Notes: generated by a model from the sequence alone, not told the origin. A DNA stretch of 64,000 bases from Octopus sinensis (GCF_006345805.1 NC_043001.1:44826001-44890000), one strand, 5' to 3'; positions 1 to 13,560 are shown, counted from the stretch's first letter. Numbers and translations are program-made.

Positions 1-231
1 ACCATTTTTAAAAAATACAGTGGAGTGGTCATCAAAGAATATAGGGATCAACTTTACTAAGGATTCCCGTTAATTCCCTGCTACTCCATCACACACACAC
101 GCCACATACAAATAATACAAGCTACTCTCTATACCCGACATAACGATGAAAAACCCTAACATTACAATAGACAAATGATGACCACAGGCGAAATCGGGTG
201 GAGAGACATATATGATGAAAGTGTATATGTG

Positions 232-264
<33 letters not shown>

Positions 265-738
265 CCTATAGATAGTGTGTGTGATGGGTGTTATGTGGCA
301 AACGAATCAGTATGTGCATATATATATATATATATCAATCTTAGTATTTACTCTTTTTAAATTTAGGGTACTCATGGGGAACAGAGAAATGTGTATGCTA
401 AGGGTTAATTGAATCAAACATCAACAATAACATCAACTATATATTTAAATTAAAGAAAATGTGAAAGAAAGGACACAAGAAATAGATAATAAAAATTAAC
501 TGCAAGATAAAAAAGATTACTGTTATAAATATATGCATATGTGTGAGTGTATATATATATATATATATGTTATATATACCTACCGTATAATTTGTTTTAA
601 AACAAAAGATGGTCAGTTCATAACAAAACACAAGCATCAAGCGAGCACTGACTTCAATTAAAGGCGACTAAGGGTGGTTGCTGAGTGGTGGAGGAGAGGA
701 GGAGGGTAAAGCAAAGCAACCGATAGATTTGACAGAGA

Positions 739-750
739 TGCGCGTGCGCA
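739..750. promoter_or_regulatory. NRF1-type site in a small CpG-containing patch (putative promoter)
   Basis: TGCGCGTGCGCA; its reverse complement TGCGCACGCGCA fits YGCGCAYGCGCR exactly; local CpG enrichment at ~640-810. No downstream gene identified. Confidence 0.35.
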
Positions 751-1929
751 GTTACGAGCTAGGACGGTCAAAGCTGAAAAAATACCTCCAGCAATAGAAA
801 CCCGAGTAACATTTATTTAATTTTTTCTTCTCACCATCGAAGAGGGTAATCAAACTGATAGCGTAAAATATTATTCAGTTAATGGCCCCGTTAAATCATT
901 TATTATTCTTTCTCTTGACAACAGTTAACTAACATAACGGTTCTACACTATCACTTGACCTGTTAGAAATAGTAACTAATTAATACTCCCTTAAATCACA
1001 CCTGACTGTCTCGAAGAAAAAATAAAAACATGTAGTTCTAGAAAAAACGTGATAATCGTTGAAACGATTTCATCTTCAGTTTACTGAGCCAGTACTATTC
1101 TGGAGCTGTGCTAAACAACAATGTCATTGTGTGATTTTTATTTTCTACCATAATTTTGCCGACTCAGACCTACCACATCTATCTGAATTCTAGTGATTAT
1201 TATTAATGTCTGAAACACAGAGTGGATAGCTGTATCGGTAGAAGGGTCAAAACGCGTTGTGATCTGATAGTTATGTCCCTCTGAATTTGGGTTTTGCTTG
1301 GTTGGAAATTGTCTGTCCATTCTAAGATCGATTAAATAAATACCATTCAAGTACTACTGTTCTCTCTATCAAAACCTATAATAAAGTGTCTGTGTGAGAA
1401 ATCAGTAGCTGATCATAATCTTTTTATTTCGTGTGAACTTCCGAATTTCCCTTTTGTTTTTTGTTTGTATCGGTTCCTTCTGAGATTTTATTTTTGTTTT
1501 AATGTTAAATATATTAGTAGTTAAATACGAAAATTAAAATTTTAGAGATTCATCTTATTCTTTGCATTTTTAAAAGTCACCAAGGCTAATATTCATGTGT
1601 ATATTTACACCGAAATACAGAAAAATTTCAAAGTGATTGATTCAATTCATATATTTCGTGAGGTAAAATATTGATTAATGACAAAAGGAAAACAAATTAA
1701 AGGATCACATAATTTTTATAACAGAAGGTGAATGAAGAACAATTAAATCTCTTTAATTGAAAATAAAAATGAAAATGAAATAAGCTACTTAATTTTGCAA
1801 AGTGCGTTTAAAATAATTCTAGCCTTCCTTTTTCGCTAGATTTGGAAGACTGATAAGAAACGCACGAGTCATCGGGGGAAGGGGAGGTAAGCATTGCATG
1901 ATGGGAAACATTGATTTATTTTTGTTATG

Positions 1930-2290
1930 CATTTATGTCTACCGTACACACGCACACACATGTATGTATACGTATTATATATATACGGGTGTGTGAGCAT
2001 GCTTCTATATATATATGTGAATATATATACATATGTGTGTGTGTGTATATATTTATGTATTATGTATATGTGTGTGGAGAGAGAAAGAGACAGACTCACA
2101 AATACATAAATGTATGGATGTGTATATATATATGCGTCTGTATAATGTATATATATATATATGTGTGTGTGTGTGTATCATGTATATGTGTGTCTAATAT
2201 ATATAGACAGACAGACTCATGCATAAATGTGTCTGTATGTGTATGAACATGTATAATATATATATATATATATATACATATATATATCAT
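1930..2290. repeat. compound (TA)n/(TG)n microsatellite
   Basis: Direct inspection; explains the overlapping Y/I/C/V-rich ORFs. Confidence 0.9.
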
Positions 2291-2817
2291 TATTCTATAT
2301 TATAACTTCTAAACAACAAAAAGTGAAGCAATTACTTTTTTTAATTGAATATACATACATGCATGCATGTGTGTGTGTTCAATTTTTAAAAATGTAATTG
2401 CTTGACTTTTTTGTTTGCAAGAAGTTATGTGTGTGTGTGTATGTATGTATGTAAGTATATATGCATGAGAAACTAATATGTTAATATCACACGATGATTG
2501 TTCCTAACATCCCAGTTTTTCTTTTATTTTTGTATATATTAGTGGTGGATGCATTGGTTATTGAATCAATCCAAATACTTATTTTAACGAGCCAAGACTG
2601 TGAGAAAGGTAAAGTTAACACAGGCATGATTTGAACTCAGAATTAAAGTAATTAGACGGGAATTAATATGGCAGGGAGGTAAAATCGGTATAGCAGCGGA
2701 CAAAACAGTCGGCTGTTCTGCTGAAACCATCTTCGCCCACAAAAAATATTTGATTGCTACTTATTTTATCGACCTCAAGAAGACGAAAGGCGAAGTTGAC
2801 CTCCACGGTATTTATGA

Positions 2818-2909
2818 GAAGGTAAAGAATACGCACATCACCCGTTTTCGGCGTAACCCTAAATCCTAACTCTAACTCTAAACACCGGGTGTGCGTATTC
2901 TTTACCTTC
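2818..2909. mobile_element. 92-bp inverted-repeat mini-element with internal degenerate (CCCTAA)n, inserted in a SINE
   Basis: 20-bp perfect TIR GAAGGTAAAGAATACGCACA (2818-2837) / TGTGCGTATTCTTTACCTTC (2890-2909); centre TAACCCTAAATCCTAACTCTAACTCTAAAC. Confidence 0.75.
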
Positions 2910-3019
2910 CCCGGGATTTGAACTCAGAACTCGATGGTATGTTGTCAGCTGTTCTACCTCTATCATTCCCAGCCTTCGTTATAAAAATAATAGTAGTGAC
3001 AGTAATTCTAATTTTGGCA

Positions 3020-3485
3020 CAAAGCCAGCAATTTTGCTAGGAGGGGGAAGTCCATTACATCGACATCCAGTGTTCAACGGGTACTTATTTTATCGACCCT
3101 AAGAGATGAAAGGCAAAGTTAACCCTCGGTAGCATTTGGATTCAAAGCATACAGGAAGAAGGAATTCTGTTAAAGAATTAAGAATTCTTTCTGTTATAGA
3201 CACAAGACTAGTTGATCACATCGACGTTTGTGTTTAATAGGTACTTATTTCATCGACCCTGAGCGGATGAACGGCAAAGTTGAACTCGTTGGAATTTGAA
3301 CCTAGAACGTAAAGACGGGCGAAATGCCTCTAAGCATTTTGTCCGGCATGCTAACAATTCTGCTAGATCGGTGCCTTAATAATAATAATAATTCTTTAAA
3401 ATCTTGGTACAAGTGGCGGGAAGTCGATTATATCAACCCTCTAAAGGATAAAAAGCAAAGTCGACCTCGGCGGGATTTGAGATCT
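3020..3485 (-). mobile_element. cluster of tRNA-derived SINE copies (family A)
   Basis: Repeated reverse-complement core TACTTATTTTATCGACCC..GATGAAAGGCAAAGT..GAATTTGAAC and head GCTAAC.ATTCTGC. Confidence 0.8.
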
Positions 3486-3698
3486 TTTTTAATTTTTAGA
3501 TATTAATTTTTTTGCCAGAAGTTTCCACTATTAGGCTGACCACAGTATATTACTAGTATTTTTATTTTACAAACCCTGGAAGAGTGAACGGATAAGTAAT
3601 TCTTGAAGGGATTCAGACTCACGACGTAAAAAGAGGAATGTAACTAAATATGCTGAGTTCAAATGTAGTTACGTTAACAATGATTTCTAACATTGGCA

Positions 3699-3699
<1 letters not shown>

Positions 3700-3730
<31 letters not shown>

Positions 3731-3732
3731 AC

Positions 3733-3774
<42 letters not shown>

Positions 3775-3820
3775 GGTAGTAGTAGTAGTAGTGGTGGTGG
3801 TGGTGGTGGTGGTAGTAGTG
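3700..3820. repeat. (GTA)n/(GTG)n microsatellite
   Basis: Direct inspection. Confidence 0.95.
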
Positions 3821-3834
3821 GCTGGAGGGGGGGC

Positions 3835-3864
3835 GTTGTCATGGAAACTGTTCACCATAGCGAC
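3835..3864. promoter_or_regulatory. RFX X-box motif plus adjacent partial X-box
   Basis: GTTGTCATGGAAAC (3835-3848) fits GTHNYYATRRNAAC; 3851-3864 reads GTCGCTATGGTGAA on the minus strand (11/14 match); CpG-containing neighbourhood. Confidence 0.4.
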
Positions 3865-5869
3865 AGAATGACAGATGAAAGTGAGGCTGTCGTCTGAACG
3901 CTTATCAATAAACTAGATCAGAACTTATCTGATTAAATGGCGGTGAAAAACGAAATATTTAAAAGAAATAGCTGGTTTGCTCAGTGTTGGTTGGTTAATA
4001 TATAGCTATGATTTGCTCCTATTTTCCTCACAACCCAATCCTGGAAAATTAACGGTTTTGCAAATCGGTTTTCTTCGACAACATCGGCGTCATATTTAAT
4101 CATCACCTTTATCAGCATCATCATCATCATCATCATTATTATTATTATTAGTAGTAGTAGTAGTAGTAGTAGTGGCGGCGGCGGCGGTAGTAGTATTAAT
4201 GCTAACACTATCACCACCACTACAACTACTATTCATCGGCTATCAGAATAGCATTTTTATCATTCATACATCACCTCCACAACCACTACACTACTACAAC
4301 AACTACTATTAATACTACTACTATTGCAGTTACTACAACTGTTAATGTCATCACCATCACCATTATCACCACCACTAACAGATCTACTATTTTCACAATT
4401 ATTGCTATTGTTAATACTATTGTCGATATTGATTTCTTATATAGACACAAAGCCACATAGTATTGATAAAGAGAAAATGAAGAGTGTGTGACATTCATGC
4501 CCTAACTAAAATGACAAATCAAGAAGCAAAACAGTTTTGCAGTTTTGGCTCTCTGAGGACCTATCCCTGTCTCTTGTAGGACTATGCCATGGCAATGGTT
4601 TCAGTTTCAGGTTCAATCCCACTATATGGCACCTTGGACAAATATCTCCTTTGATGGCTTCAGATCAAACCAATGAGTAAAATTTGCTAGATGAAATCTA
4701 TGTGAAATCCCATTATGGAGACTATTTCTGTTATTGGATGATATGCTTAACCCATCATCCAATTTAACACCACCATCTAGCCATTGAGAGCCTGTGGTAG
4801 AATCCACGCTGTTGGAAGCATTTGGGTCAGGTCTCCAGTCTGAGGATGAAATCTTCTCTTGAATAGAACTATGGATGTTGTCCCTCCTACCCTGACTAAC
4901 TAATGTTAATCACCAGCCAGTTCTCATAGAATGATGAACCATGGATGTTCTTCCAAACCTATAGTCAAGACTCTGGAGAACAGTAGTGTTTCAAACTTTG
5001 ATGAATAGAGGAAGCTGATGGATTGTTATGTGTTCGGTGTATCTGTCATTGTCTCTGATACAAATGCAAATGCTAGATAAATGATGACAATGCTACACTT
5101 ATGATTTAAATAGTTACCTTTCCTCTGCACTCAGGCCTCTTGACTCGCCCATCTCTCTTATCACTTCCCACTTGCTGTGCCTCACATCCCTAGCCCTGCA
5201 CAAAACCCTTTCCCAATAATTTCTTCTCACAAATGCATCCTCCTCTGACTATCCCAGAAAATGGTTTTTGAGTTAAAAAATCACTTCCCTTTATTCTATA
5301 TTGCAGCAATTTCTCTAGTTATAGGCCAATCATTGAGCATATATATAAATTTTTAAAAAGGCAATGCCTGTTTAAACACTACAGAGAAATTTAATAGCCA
5401 AACAAATGGATTCTTTAAGCAAGGTATGGAAATACTATCACTAGAACAAATTACACTGACAAGGTTAAAATATGAGAGAAGACACCAGAACATAACAGAT
5501 TCTTTGAGGATCTACATGGCCACTCACATTATAGAAGAAAGAGTTGAAGTAACAGGGGCAGAGCTGGAAAGAGAGATAAAATTGTGGTGATGAATGTCAA
5601 GGTGAACCCTGAAGGACCAGAAGGTTAAAAGAAGAGAGAGGGGACTGAAGAACAGTGGGTGTGGGAATGTAGATGTGGCAAGAGTGTATGAGGAGAGTGA
5701 GAGATGGTTAAAAATGATAAACAGCAGAGGGGAAGAATATAATGAGTGAAAAACAAGGGTTTAGTGGGTGATCAATGATAAATATACATTATAACATTAA
5801 AGGCATGGCAGGGAAGAGTAAGTGATGACTGACAGTATATCTTCCTCAATTTTCCTTTTCCACAAGCTT

Positions 5870-6850
5870 ATTGAAATTAAGTGATTGGCTTTTCTTTATA
5901 CAGCTGTCCTCACACATAGGCATCACATGTCCATACCAATATAGTTTTCTTTCTTGTGCACTACATTTGATCCCGCTTGTGTTCAATATTTCTCTCAACA
6001 CATTTGTGCTTTGTCATTTATGCACACTTCATAGAATATGCTAGCTTCTTTTCTTTCTAGTTTTAACAAGTCCTCTGCAGTCAATGTCCATGTCTCACTA
6101 CTATGCAGCACCACCGTTCTGACACAAACATCATACAATCTACCCTTCATTTTAAGGGAAAAGACGTTTGTTGCTAGCAGCAGAAGTAGCTCACTGAACT
6201 CTCAGTGACAGTGCATCAATTACATATGAAGCTAACTTTTTCTATAAATGTTTGTAACTCTACTGTATCTTTTGTGTGTCCGTAGTTGGTATTCTAGATT
6301 TAGCTTCCGTCCCTGGAATCACCTCTCTAATTCCACTATAGATTCAGCTATGAGAGCTAGATCTTCAGCGTAAATGATTTCCAATGGACAGCCAGTCTTA
6401 AACTCCTCTGCAATGGTCTGTAGGACTATAATGAATAGAAGTGGGCTGAGGGGCGTCTTGATGAACTCACACCTTCACTATGATTTGTCACTAAAATCAT
6501 TGCTGACTCTCACTTACTGCATCTTTGCACATAGCCTGTACAACCTTAACAAGTTAAATTATTGAATGTGGTACTCTGTCAAAGCTTTCTCTAAGTCAAC
6601 AAATACCAGGAATAGTGGTTCACTCTTAATCAAATATTTTTCCTGCAGTTGCTTTACTAGAAAGATTGCATCCATAGTACCTCTTTGACACACAAAATTC
6701 AACTGTATCTCATCTAGATCTTCAGTCACAGATCATTTGTACCATGACTTTCTCTATAACCTTCATAATCTGATTCAGGAGTTTGATTTCTCCTTAGAGA
6801 GGAAATTATTCCTCTCTAAGGCATTTCCTTTGCCTTTGTAACAGTTAATA
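5870..6850 (-). mobile_element. degenerate RTE-clade LINE ORF2 (RT) fragment
   Basis: Minus-strand translation gives GTMDAIFLVKQLQEKYL..FVDLEKAFD, FIIVLQTIAEEFKTGCPLEIIYADDL-like and MKGRLYDVCVRTVVLHSSETW segments, broken by stops and frameshifts. Confidence 0.85.
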
Positions 6851-6899
6851 AATAGTAAATTGTCAGTATAGGGTAGTAAATTAAGAAAGTTGTGAATTA

Positions 6900-8330
6900 C
6901 TAGTAGAGCTAGAAGAGTCATTTGTTTAGACTTTGAGAATGCTATAGATTCTTGAGAATCTAGCTCACCTCAGAGTTTGAGGGTTAGGAAGTGTCATGTG
7001 AGACATTTTTATTGTTCCGTTGAGTTGGAGAAGTAAAGAGAGATTTCAAATTTGATTGATAACAAGGTGTACATTAACATACCTGATAATGACCAAAGCA
7101 GGATTCCTACACATTTGGTTCATGCAGGAAAAACCATCCAAGGTAAATAAAGTTGTCAGGGGATTTAAGATGAGTATACTAGATCTAGAATTGTTTACCC
7201 AACAGTTGCTCCAAAGAGGGTTTTAGAATCCACTTACATTTTATTATGTCAAGTAGATAATGATCTATATATTAAATTGCTTTCCTTCAAGGTAAAGAAA
7301 TAGATTGGCCTGCTTATCTGTTGCCACCAACTAAGGTTGACAATGACATAAGGAAACTGTGGAAACTCTCTAAATCTGTGAATGAATTGAATGATGCTTC
7401 TAGGTTCTGGTATGTTATTGTGAAGAATTAGTTACTTAAATGATATTTAATTGTGAAGAATAGGTTATTTAAATCAGAAAGTTGCCTGAAATCATTTCCA
7501 TACATGTGGATGTTTTTTGTTGGTATGTGGAGTTTCTAGTTTTTCTAGATCAGTCAAAAGCAAAAATTAAATCTTTCTTGCTGCGAAGTCAGAAAAATCC
7601 TCCAAGTTGGTCTGGATATTGATCAAAGATGTGATAATGAAGTTGTTGCCTAGACAAGGATGTGAAGGATGATTTGAAGTTTCAAAAATTGGGAAAGAGA
7701 AACTTGATCATGCAGAAGACACTACCATGATGTAAGGGAATGATAAACTACTACAGGAATTACATACAAAAAAGATTGGATCTTAGTTTTGATGTAAGAG
7801 AATTTAGTTTATTTTGAGGAAGTGCGAGTTAGAGCGTATAAGACAAACTAAGAAAACATCAAAAAGCAAAGAGGAATCGATTTCAAGTTTGCATTCTGAA
7901 TCTTGGTTACACATACAAACTAAAAATTGGAGCAGCTTTCTTTAACAATCTGGAACATGTTGGATATCTGAGTGAACATTATGTTGTTGGAAATAAAGGT
8001 AAATGTTTTTTATGGCAATGATAATAAAAACGAATAAAAAAAGTTATCAAAAGCACCCAAGTAGCTGAAACTCTAACAATGGTGGATCTAACTGAAATTT
8101 GTATGTTCAATAAAACTTCTTGTTTTTTGGTGGACTGCTACATATTTTGCTAGACTGCAAATTCTAGAATGTACAGTTTTACTGATTCAAGCACAAAGAG
8201 CCTTGACAAATGTTTAAGAATTGAAAGAGCTATTCTCAGAAAGACGTTGAGATAGTAAGAAATCAATGACTACTAACAGATCCAATGCAAACTATTACAC
8301 ATAGATCTAACAACAAGTGGAAGAGGTAAA
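6900..8330 (-). mobile_element. possible highly degenerate LINE remnant
   Basis: Only faint motif remnants (a GSCFG-like stretch near 7100 and LDL near 8305); no readable ORF. Confidence 0.3.
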
Positions 8331-8714
8331 GTGGTAGAGATGATGCATACACTGTTTCACAGGTGGCATAGCAATGTAAATAGGAGTGAGGTTGAGTGTT
8401 AAAGAAATGAGAAGTTTAGAGAGGTGTAATGACATCCTAGTTATATGAACAGCATAGTACAATGAACAAGATAGACCCAGTACCATCCTTACACAGACAG
8501 TATAGAACAGTAAATAGAAGACAGGGTGAGATGAAAAAGTGAGTGATAAAGAGATGAATGGACATTAAAAGATGTAGAAAGCTGTTTAGTAGATCTAACG
8601 GGAATATTGGATGGAGTCAAAATTAGATATATTATAACTCCCAGTTTCCATCATTATATTAATGTTTGTTTTGCTATATTTGTATAGGTGGGCAAATCTT
8701 CTCTAACACTGTCA

Positions 8715-11095
8715 TTGTGATCGTTTAATGTCTGCATTCCATGCTGGCATTGGTTGGACGGTTTGACCGAGGATTGGCAAAACAAAGGGCTGCACCAGGC
8801 TCCAATCTGATCTGGCAAGGTTTCTACAGATGGATGCCCTTTCTAATGCCAACCACTCCGAGAGTGTAGTGGGTGCTTTTTATGTGCCACCAGTAGGAAA
8901 GCCGGTCAGGTGGTACTGGCATCGACCACACTCAAATGGTGCTTTTTATATGCCACTGGCACAGGAGCCAGTTAGGTGGTACTGGCACTGACCACACTCA
9001 AATGGTGCTTTTTACATGTCACAAGCATGGGAGGCAGTACTGGCATTGGCCACAACAAAGATTTCACTTGACACAACAGGCCTTCTCAAGCACAGTTTAT
9101 TGCCCAATGATTAAAGAGTACTCTTAAATGGGGCAGTTATGCTACACTGGCATAGGCCATGGTTATGGTCTCACTTGGCTTGCCGGGTCTTCTCAAGCAC
9201 AGCATATCTCCAAAGGTCTTGGTTGCTTGTTACTGCTTCCATGAGGCCCAACGTTCAAAGGTCTTCCTGAGTCTACCTCTTCCACAGGTTCCTTCTACTG
9301 TTAGGGTGTGACACTTTTTCATGCAGCTGTCCTCAACCATACACAATACATGAACTTACCAGTGCAGTCGTTTCTCTTACACACCACATCTGATGCTTCT
9401 TATGTCCAACTTTTCTCTCAGGGCAGTTACACTCTGTCATGTATGCACACTTACATTACACATCCAGCAGACCATACTAGCTTCATTTCTTGCAAGCTTA
9501 CACATGTCCTCAGCAGTCACAGCCCCTGTTTCACACATGAATCATACAGTCTACCTTTCACTCTGAGCAAGAGGCCCTTTCTTACCAGCAGAGGTAGGAG
9601 CTCTCTGAACTTTGCCCAAGTTTTTCGTTTTCTAGCAGCTATGCTCTCAGAGCATCCACCCCTGCTACTGACTTGGTCACCTAGGTAACGGAAGCTATCA
9701 ACTACTTCTAGTTTTTTTCCCCTGGCATGTGACGGAAGCTGTTTCCCACACATTTTCATTGTTTATTGCCCCTGTGCATTTGCCACACACAAAAACTACC
9801 TTCCCAGTTAGCCTTCCTTTGATATTACTGCACCTCTTTATGTGTCCATAGCTTACACCACGTACATCTTATGAAGTTTCTACTTATGCTTTTTCTACAG
9901 ATTGAGCAGGGCCATCAACCTGAAGGAATTTGTGATTTGTCTGCCTTCCTACTTGCTAAGACTTTGGTTTTTGCTAGATACACTCTAAAGCCCTTCAATT
10001 CTAGACCTTGCTTCTCCTCTAGTTCTGGTAGTGACTTAGCTATTAGAGCAAGGTCATCAGCATAGAGGAGCTCCCAGGAGCATCCTGTCTTGAAATCCTC
10101 TGTTTTTGCCTGGAGGACTATGATGAATAAGAGGGGGCTGAGGACTGATCCTTGGTGGACCCCTATCCCTACCTGAAGTTCTTCACTATACTCATTGCCA
10201 AACCTCACCTTACTGACAGCATCCCCATAGATGGCTTGTACAACTCTCACTAACCACCTGTCTATCCTTAGTTTCCACATAGACCACCAGATAAGGGATC
10301 AGGGGACTCTGTCAAAGGCTTTCTCCATGTCAACAAAAGCCAAGTACAGAGATTTATCTTTGGCTAAGTATTTCTCCTGCAGCTGTCTTACCAGAAATAT
10401 AGCATCAGTGGTGTTTACCTCTGACACAAAACCAAACTGCATCTAATCTAAACTAAATCTCTCTCTAATTAGTTGGGCAATAACCCTCTCTGGATTATTC
10501 GTATCTAATGCATCACCTTTACCTTTGTAGCAGTTGATATGGTGCTGATACACCAGTCATTTGGTATGACTCCTTCATGTATCACCTGATTGTCTATATG
10601 GGTGACTAGACTATAGCTGACACTGCCACATATTTTAAGCATCTCTGTAGTGATTCCTGATGGGCCAGGAGCTTTCTCTGTTTTCAGGCTCTTAATCACT
10701 TTATCTACCAAGGTACTGTCAATTCAGATAGCTGGTCCCTCTGTTGGGTTGACATTTGGCAAACTCTCTTTCTCCCGTTCATTCTATTCATTTAGCAATC
10801 TTTCATAGTGGCATCTCCAAGTCTCTCTCTTTGCAGCCTCATTAAAAGCAAGTGAGCCATCATCCATGTGGACACATTTCTCTCCTATGACATCATGATT
10901 CTCTCTCACACACTGTCTTGCAACACAAAACACTTCAAGTCTTTGGTCCTCACTATGCAGAACATTGACAATTTTTTTCTTATCTGCTTCTCTTCTGGCT
11001 AAGTAAACCTGTCTCCTAGCTTCCCTTCTGGCAATCTGATACAGTTCCCTGCTACCACTGTTCTTCCAGTCCTTTCATGCCTGTTTCTATTCTTC
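8715..11095 (-). mobile_element. 5'-truncated RTE-clade LINE (RT domain plus 3' UTR), pseudogenised
   Basis: ORF pieces 10505-10711 (KAPGPSGITTEMLK), 9915-10280 (VGIGVHQGSVLSPLLFIIVLQA..LYADDL), 9517-9759 (VVDSFRYLGDQV..KGRLYDSCV); 3' UTR 8715-9300 recurs elsewhere in the window. Confidence 0.9.
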
Positions 11096-11361
11096 CACCG
11101 GCATGGATTTCCACCTCGGCATCCGAAACTCGGAGTTTTATCATGGCTACCGAATAATCGTCACATTTTACATTTACAGATATATATATATATATATCTA
11201 TATGTATATGTTGATACATTTGAGTAAGATTCTTCAAAGCAGGGCCCAGCATAGCTGCAGTCTAATGACTGGAACAAGTAAAAGATAAAAATATAAGATA
11301 CAGTGATCAGTATTATCAACTGTTTTTCCTCCTCACTGAATTTCTAGCTTTGTGCTTATGC

Positions 11362-11418
<57 letters not shown>

Positions 11419-11443
11419 GATGATGATGATGATGATGATGATG

Positions 11444-11678
11444 AAGGTAGCTAGCTGGCAGAATCATTAGTACACCAGACGAAATGCTTAGCAGTATTTT
11501 ACCTGTCACTACATTCTGAGTTCAAATTTCACCATGGTCGACTTTGCCTTTCACCCTTTTGGGGTCGATAAATAAGTACCAGTTGAACAGTGGGGTTGAT
11601 GTAATTGACTCATCCCCTCCCCCCAAATTGCTGCTCTTGTGACAAAATGTGAAACCATTATGATTATCATCATCATCA

Positions 11679-11733
<55 letters not shown>

Positions 11734-12683
11734 GGTGGCTAGCTGACAGAATCGTTAGTATGCCAGGTAAAATGCTTAGTGGCATTTCACCCATCTTTAC
11801 ATTCTGAGTTCAAATTCAGTCAAGGTTGACTTTGCTTTTAATCTTTTCAGAGTCAATAAATCAAGTACCAGTGAAACACTGGGGTTCATGTAATTGACTA
11901 GTCCCCTCCCTAATATTTCAGGCCTTGTGCTTATAGTAGAAATAATTAGTATTGTTATTAAGGTGGTGAGCTGGCAGAATCATTCGCTCACCAAGCAAAA
12001 TGCTTAATGGTATTTTGTCTGCTGCTTTTTTCAGAGTTCAAATTCCATCAAGGCTGACTTTACCTTTCATATGGATTCCCTTGCATATGGATTTGGACCC
12101 TGCCGAGGTTGATTTCTAATGAAAATAAATACAGCAAGCATTGCAAAACATTTGGAGTTGATATGATGAAGTGTTTCCTCCCACAAAATTTGTGGTCTTG
12201 TACTTATTTCAAAAATCCTTATTTACAGTAGGACTGTTAATGGCAGAATTGGAAGGGTATCTGACAAAATTCATTTAGGTTTTTAGTGACATCATTTTAA
12301 GTTCTGTCTTCAAATCCAAACGAGGGCAACATTGCCCTTCATCCTATCCTACAAGGCTCAATAAAATAACTACTGGTCATGTATGGTGGTAGGGTCAGAT
12401 AATTGATTATTCCATTCCACAAAATTTTTGGCCATGTGGCTATGTAAGAAATCATCATCATCTTACTGCAGTGGATGACAGAATTGTTAGTGAAGTGACC
12501 ACAATGTACTGAAGTGTCTTGTTATATTCCTATACAATTATAGTTCAAATCCCAACAGGGTCAACTCTAAATTTTCATCGTTCTAGATTAAATCAAATAA
12601 GAATCAATCAAGTAATTGAGTCAATTAAATCAGTTAAACCTCTCCACCAAAATGCCATGTTTCATGGCTATGATAGAATTCAA

Positions 12684-12731
<48 letters not shown>

Positions 12732-13560
12732 CACCACCACCACTACTACTACTATCATACTACTACTACTACTACTGTGCTGGCAGACTCAAGACTCATT
12801 AGTGTCCGTCAAAATGCCTCACAGTGTTATTTCATTGACCCTTTCATCCTTTCAGGGTCAATGAAATAAGTACCAGTTGAGCATTGGGGTTGATTTAATT
12901 GACTTACACCTTCTCCCCAATTTCAAGCCTTGTGCCTATATAGAAAGGATTATTACTATTGGTGACAAGGCAGCAAGGTAGCAGAATTAATATCTTGCCA
13001 GTCAAAATGTGGCATTTCTTCTGGCTTTATATTCTGAGTTCTAATACTGCTAAAGTTAACTTTACCTTTTGTCCTTTTGGGATGGATAAAATAATCAACC
13101 CCAGTTGTGTACTGGGGTTGATGTAATCAGTTTTTCCACTCCTCATATTTGTTGGCCTTGCACTAAAGTAAGAAAGGGTTAATACTATCGGTGGTGGTAG
13201 CTGGCAGACCTAATAGTATAGCATACAAAATGCTCTCTATGTTCTGGAGTTAAATCTAATTGGGAATGCATTTACCTTTCATTTATCAGAAGTCAATAAA
13301 ATAAGTACCAGGAATATACTGAATTCGATTTTATCAACTATAGTCTCTTCCAAAAGAAAGGGTTAATACTATCGGTGGTGGTAGCTGGCAGACCTAATAG
13401 TATAGCATACAAAATGCTCTCTATGTTCTGGAGTTAAATCTAATTGGGAATGCATTTACCTTTCATTTATCAGAAGTCAATAAAATAAGTACCAGGAATA
13501 TACTGAATTCGATTTTATCAACTATAGTCTCTTCCAAAATTACTGGCTGTGTGTCAATAT
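11444..13560 (+). mobile_element. head-to-tail array of about 8-9 family A SINE copies separated by (ATT)n-like spacers
   Basis: Heads (A)AGGTGG.GAGCTGGCAGAATC at ~11444, 11732, 11959, 12235, 12778, 12970, 13192, 13376; A-box TGGCAGAATC, B-box GAGTTCAAAT; core GCCTTTCATCCTTT.GGGGTCGATAAA.AAGTACCAG. Confidence 0.85.
13170..13537. repeat. perfect 184-bp tandem duplication
   Basis: 13170-13353 is identical to 13354-13537 by direct comparison. Confidence 0.95.

Noticed and set aside
170-200. Hammerhead-like ATGATGACCACAGGCGAAATC, and TCAAAACGCGTT near 1250
   Set aside because: Core positions are wrong or missing; too degenerate to call.
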